Source of the DNA: Tubiluchus corallicola
Lineage: Eukaryota > Animalia > Priapulida
DNA length: 64,000 nt
NCBI GenBank assembly: GCA_030141605.1
Contig: JAQGDQ010002399.1
Coordinates: 1-64,000, forward strand
Direction: 5' to 3'
Shown here: piece after piece, positions 59,584 through 64,000 of the stretch
Position numbering within the stretch: position 1 is the stretch's first letter
Layout: each line of letters begins with the position of its first letter
Program-made: the position numbers and the translations under genes
Notes under the pieces: generated by a model
The model's database searches: none
What the model was told of the DNA's origin: nothing
What the model saw: the letters and a program-made list of their open reading frames with translations, nothing else

Positions 59584-62500
59584 TTACTTTATATATATCC
59601 TTTTTATTGTAGGTGTTCCATCTTGTGTGTTGAGTTGAAATAGATATATACCTTGTGGATAGCTTTCCAAGTTAATAGTCTCCAACTTTCGTCTTAAAGT
59701 TTGCTGTGCATATATCTTGCCTTTTAAGTCTATAATAACTAACTGAATCTCTTCACCACCTTTATTTTCTACATTGATGTATTCATTTGCAGGGTTTGGA
59801 TAGAGGATAATATTTTCTAATATATATTTATTAGCGCTGGTTATTCTATCTTTACCATAACCCTTGATTAAGATATATTCATCAGAGCCGCTATTGATAG
59901 CATTAGAACTTATTGTTACAAAGCCACTATACAATTTTGCTTCTGTGGGAGAAAAATATATTTCCACAGTGTCTGATGTGTTTGGGCTTATAGTTCCTGA
60001 ATTCCAACTTATTGTGTACTCGCCTCCATCTGGCAAAGCAATGTTGTCTATAATTAAATCTAATTCTCCTCTGTTGTGAATAAGCAATTTAAGAGTGTCT
60101 TGGTCTTCTAATAACACTTCTTCAAAGTCGAGTTCTTTTTCCCCGTTCTCTCCTGAAAGCTCTATTTCTGCTGTTTGCAGATAACCAGCCCCTGACAAGA
60201 AAATAGTATCAAGAGGGGAATAAGCATTAGAATAGATTATTAAGGTATCTGCGTAAGTTTCTACATCAACAGGTTCGAAATGAACAGAAATAGCAACTGT
60301 ATCTCCTGCAAGTATCGATTCGGGTACATCAGATACAGTAAATACTGAAGAAGAGGTAGTAATAGACTTTATTGCTACACTCGCTGTGCCTGTGTTAATT
60401 AAATTGGTTAAAATAGTTTTAGCATCTTCTCCTATTGCATAATTGCCAAAGTCAAGAGCATTATTTTGCAATGTTAGTTCTCTATCAACGTCTTGGATAT
60501 GAATGATAAGTTCTAACGTAGACATACTATTTCCATCAGTTACAGACAGTTGCACAGTATCACTTACTATATCTAAGTTTTCACCTGTGTGATTGTATAC
60601 AATAAGACTGTCGTAAATATCTTTTTGGGAGAATTCATCACCAAGAACAAGTACCGTACCAGTTGCAATATCATCTCCTTTGTTAGCAAGCAACACTAAG
60701 TCGCCTATTTTAGGAGTATCATCAACAATAAATTTAATATTTGCAGTATCAGTATCAGGGTCGGTTGCTTCCAAAATGGCACTACTTACTACAGTATCTC
60801 CTTGAGGATTTACTTTTAGCAACTCATTTTTCTCAATTACAGGTGCATCATCTATCAAAATAATATTTATAAACAAAGTATCTTGTATAGTGTCTATTTC
60901 TGTATCTGGTAAGTTGTGTGCAATATCTGTTATGGTATATACAATAGTATCTGCCTGTCTGAATTGGTTACTATCGTGTTGAAATATAACTAATCCATTG
61001 TTTATATCCGCTTGCGTGAAACTTGTTATTTCGTCCCCGTTGTCATCTTTAATATACCCGTGAGGCATTTTATCTATGGTATAGGTTAGCTCATTAGGTG
61101 GATTATCGGCGCTGCGGTATTCCAGAGAATCTTTGAAGTAGAAGTATTCTCGTTCTTCTATATTTAATACACGTTTTGTCACTTCTATGATAGGATAATT
61201 GATAGGAGAAATATCTACGTAGAATGAAAATAAACTGTCTTCACCGCTTTCGTTTTTAGCTCTATTGCCTTCGTTATCTTCTAAATAAAAAGTAAAGAAG
61301 TTTACAGTACCCGAATTATCCATAGTATCGTGAGCATAAGTAACTAAATTGTCATCTATATCTTTTTGTATAAAAGAGTTGTTCTGTGCATCTAATGTAT
61401 CTCCATCTACTATTAAATCTGCATAAACCGGAAGAGTTTCTAAAACAAAGCTTATATTATTATCCTCTCCATCAAAATCTGTTGCTTGCAATAAAGTATT
61501 GTTTATTAAACTATTCTGTCCCTTGTCAATTCTAAGAGTATCGTTAGCTATTAGCTCTGGGCGATGCTTAATACCAATAAAAAGAGTATCCTCTATTACC
61601 CCTACACTATCCCCAAAATTATCCTTATCTATCACATAGAAGAAAACACTATCTTCCAACGTATTAGAATCATCGTGACGATAATAAACGAAGTTATTAT
61701 TAATATCAGCTTGTGTAAACCTGTCAGATGCACCTAAAATATTTCCATTTACTATAAATTCCCCATTCAAAGGAGGGGTAGTAACTACATACTCCAAATA
61801 CGATAGGTCGGTAATATTTGCATCCGAGTATTCTAAGGAGTCTTGGTTTATCAGCACATAACTTCCTTTGTATACAAATATGTCTTTCTTTGTTTCTCTT
61901 TTCAAAAGTCCATCAATATTTATATGAAAAGTAAATACAGTATCAGTCAGACCATCTATTTTCTTAGCAACATTATTTTCCTCATCCACTATCTTAAAAG
62001 TGAAATTATCAGTAACTTCTTCCGAATTCTCATCGTGAACATAACGAACTAAACCATTGGCAATATCCCCCTGCAAGAAAGATTCGCCTTGTGAGGTTAA
62101 TGTATTTCCATCTACTATAAGGTGTCCAGAAGTAGGAAGAGTCTCTAAAACAAAGCTTATACTATTATCATCTCCATCAAGATCTGTTGCCTGCAAAGAA
62201 GCATCAGTCAATACACTATCTTTTCCTTCTGGTATTTTAAGAGTGTCGTTGGTTATTAGCTCTGGATAATGCTTAATACCAATAAAAAGAGTATCCTCTA
62301 TTACCCCTACACTATCCCCAAAATTATCCTTATCTATCACATAGAAGAAAACACTATCTTCCAACGTATTAGAATCATCGTGAAGATAATAAACAAAGTT
62401 ATTATTAATATCTTCTTGTGTAAACCTACCAGATGCACCTAAAATATTTCCATTTACTATAAATTCCCCATTCAAAGGAGGGGTAGTAACTACATACTCC

Positions 62501-64000
62501 AAATACGATAGGTCGGTAATATTTGCATCCGAGTATTCTAAGGAGTCTTGGTTTATCAGCACATAACTTCCTTTGTATACGAATATATCTTTCTTTGTTT
62601 CTCTTTTCAAAAGTCCGTTAATATCTATATGGAAAGTAAATACAGTATCAGTCAGGTCATCTATTTTCTTAGCAACATTGTTTTCCTCATCCACTATCTT
62701 AAAAGTGAAATTATCAGTAATTCCTCCCGAATTCTCATCGTGAACATAACGAACTAAACCATTGGCAATATCCCCCTGCAAGAAAGATTCGCCTTGTGAG
62801 GTTAATGTATTTCCATTTACTATAAGGTGTCCAGAAGTAGGAAGAGTCTCTAAAACAAAGCTTACACTATTATCATCTCCATCAAGATCTGTTGCCTGCA
62901 AAGAAGCATCAGTCAATACACTATCTTTTCCTTCTGGTATTCTAAGAGTGTCGTTGGTTATTAGCTCTGGTCGATGCTTAATACTAATAAAAAGAGTATC
63001 AATTACAGAAGCTATATCTTCTCCATTGTTGTTCTTATCTAGCACTATTAGACAAATACTATCTTCCAATGTATTAGAACCATTATGGCGATAATAAACC
63101 AAATCATTATTAATATCTGCTTGTGTAAACGTGTCAAGCGTGTTGAAAATATTTCCATCTACTATAAAATCTCCATTTTCTGTAAATGGTACGATAGTTA
63201 TGTATTCTAAATGTGATGGGTCAGTAATATTTGCATCAGAGTACTCTAAGGAGTCTTGGTTTATCAACACAAAATCTCCTTTGTATACAAATATGTCTTT
63301 CTTTGTTTCTCTTTTCAAAAGTGCATTAATATCTACATAGAAAGTAAATACAGTATCAGTCAGACCATCTATTTTCTTAGCAACATTGTTTTCGTTATCC
63401 ACTATCTTAAAAGTAAAATTATCAGTAACTCCTCCCAAATCCTCATCGTGAACATAACGAACTGAACTACTGGCAATATCTCCCTGCAAAAAAGATTCGC
63501 CTTGTGAGGTTAATGTATCTCCATCTACTATAAGGTGTCCAGAAGTAGGAAGAGTTTCTAAAACAAAGCTTATATCATTATCTTCTCCATCAAAATCTGT
63601 TGCCTCCAAAGAAGCATTAGTCAATACACTATCTTTTCCTTCTGATATTTTAAGAGTGTCGTTGGTTATCAGCTCTGGGCGATGCTTAATAGTGATAAAA
63701 AGAGTATCCTCTATTACCCCTACACTATCTCCAAAATTATCTTTATCTATCACATAGAAGAAAACACTATCTTCCAATGTATTAGAATCTCCTCTGTGAC
63801 GATAAGAAACTAAGTCATTATTAATATCTGCTTGTGTAAACCTGCCAGATGCACCTAAAATATTTCCATTTACTATAAAATCTCCATTCGAAGAAGAGGT
63901 AGTAATTACATATTCTAATTTTGCAACATCCCCTAAAAGATCGTCATCCTTGTACTCCAAAGTGTCCTGTGTAATAAGAACCTCTTCTCCCTTATATACA
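59584..64000 (-). CDS. Large T9SS-secreted adhesin-like protein: CSPG/cadherin-like repeats, two ASH/choice-of-anchor-D-like Ig domains, type A CTD; 5' end beyond the window
   Basis: Repeated FTQADIN...V.Y.H and SFLQGDI...VRYVHD units, LDFG/LDFE...I.N.G...L.I domains, and C-terminal LYPNPA...IIDLKGK...GIYLFQL...KRIYIK. Frame is open up to nt 64000. Confidence 0.9.
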   Translation of the reverse strand, partial: VYKGEEVLITQDTLEYKDDDLLGDVAKLEYVITTSSSNGDFIVNGNILGASGRFTQADINNDLVSYRHRGDSNTLEDSVFFYVIDKDNFGDSVGVIEDTLFITIKHRPELITNDTLKISEGKDSVLTNASLEATDFDGEDNDISFVLETLPTSGHLIVDGDTLTSQGESFLQGDIASSSVRYVHDEDLGGVTDNFTFKIVDNENNVAKKIDGLTDTVFTFYVDINALLKRETKKDIFVYKGDFVLINQDSLEYSDANITDPSHLEYITIVPFTENGDFIVDGNIFNTLDTFTQADINNDLVYYRHNGSNTLEDSICLIVLDKNNNGEDIASVIDTLFISIKHRPELITNDTLRIPEGKDSVLTDASLQATDLDGDDNSVSFVLETLPTSGHLIVNGNTLTSQGESFLQGDIANGLVRYVHDENSGGITDNFTFKIVDEENNVAKKIDDLTDTVFTFHIDINGLLKRETKKDIFVYKGSYVLINQDSLEYSDANITDLSYLEYVVTTPPLNGEFIVNGNILGASGRFTQEDINNNFVYYLHDDSNTLEDSVFFYVIDKDNFGDSVGVIEDTLFIGIKHYPELITNDTLKIPEGKDSVLTDASLQATDLDGDDNSISFVLETLPTSGHLIVDGNTLTSQGESFLQGDIANGLVRYVHDENSEEVTDNFTFKIVDEENNVAKKIDGLTDTVFTFHINIDGLLKRETKKDIFVYKGSYVLINQDSLEYSDANITDLSYLEYVVTTPPLNGEFIVNGNILGASDRFTQADINNNFVYYRHDDSNTLEDSVFFYVIDKDNFGDSVGVIEDTLFIGIKHRPELIANDTLRIDKGQNSLINNTLLQATDFDGEDNNISFVLETLPVYADLIVDGDTLDAQNNSFIQKDIDDNLVTYAHDTMDNSGTVNFFTFYLEDNEGNRAKNESGEDSLFSFYVDISPINYPIIEVTKRVLNIEEREYFYFKDSLEYRSADNPPNELTYTIDKMPHGYIKDDNGDEITSFTQADINNGLVIFQHDSNQFRQADTIVYTITDIAHNLPDTEIDTIQDTLFINIILIDDAPVIEKNELLKVNPQGDTVVSSAILEATDPDTDTANIKFIVDDTPKIGDLVLLANKGDDIATGTVLVLGDEFSQKDIYDSLIVYNHTGENLDIVSDTVQLSVTDGNSMSTLELIIHIQDVDRELTLQNNALDFGNYAIGEDAKTILTNLINTGTASVAIKSITTSSSVFTVSDVPESILAGDTVAISVHFEPVDVETYADTLIIYSNAYSPLDTIFLSGAGYLQTAEIELSGENGEKELDFEEVLLEDQDTLKLLIHNRGELDLIIDNIALPDGGEYTISWNSGTISPNTSDTVEIYFSPTEAKLYSGFVTISSNAINSGSDEYILIKGYGKDRITSANKYILENIILYPNPANEYINVENKGGEEIQLVIIDLKGKIYAQQTLRRKLETINLESYPQGIYLFQLNTQDGTPTIKRIYIK
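61400..64000 (-). repeat. Intragenic tandem repeat, period 705-708 bp (two CSPG-like domains per unit)
   Basis: Equivalent GTATC anchors at 61586, 62291, 62996 and 63704 (spacings 705, 705, 708), with long stretches identical between units. Confidence 0.92.

Noticed and set aside
29-63465. Numerous short ORFs overlapping or antisense to long genes (e.g. 544-747, 4340-4672, 30066-30536, 61843-63465 series)
   Set aside because: They are shadow frames of well-supported genes. The repeated ones at 61.8-63.5 kb only mirror the adhesin tandem repeat.

Overview
AT-rich Bacteroidota chromosome segment, judged from TAnnTTTG promoter boxes, a SusC/SusD pair, a T9SS C-terminal domain and a Bacteroides-type argF'. 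It is probably a host- or surface-associated marine lineage (inference). Housekeeping genes (hisB, argF', pyrD, gpmI, proB, dGTPase, aminopeptidase P, xth, thiH/thiE) alternate with accessory blocks. (i) A decayed GH130/SSS/AraC sugar locus keeps only a SusC stump. (ii) A frameshift-ridden dapF and ankyrin gene lie next to an intact secreted ankyrin paralog. (iii) A ~5.2 kb hotspot at 19.3-24.5 kb has three copies of a direct repeat separating a TM2 gene, an unannotated Type ISP restriction-enzyme relic and a nuclease-MTase + S restriction-modification pair. (iv) A family of ~15-25 bp end-like motifs (core AAAACGAAATGTACA) forms a ~500 bp miniature element and recurs at gene-block junctions, one near a strand-skew switch. 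(v) A sulfated-glycan PUL has two sulfatases but, instead of recognisable glycosidases, two paralogous orphan proteins with GH-A-like glutamate motifs. (vi) There are two GLUG proteins with swapped N-termini and a large CSPG/cadherin-repeat T9SS protein cut by the window edge. I saw no rRNA, tRNA, CRISPR array, integrase or transposase gene. All family assignments come from motif recognition, not database searches.
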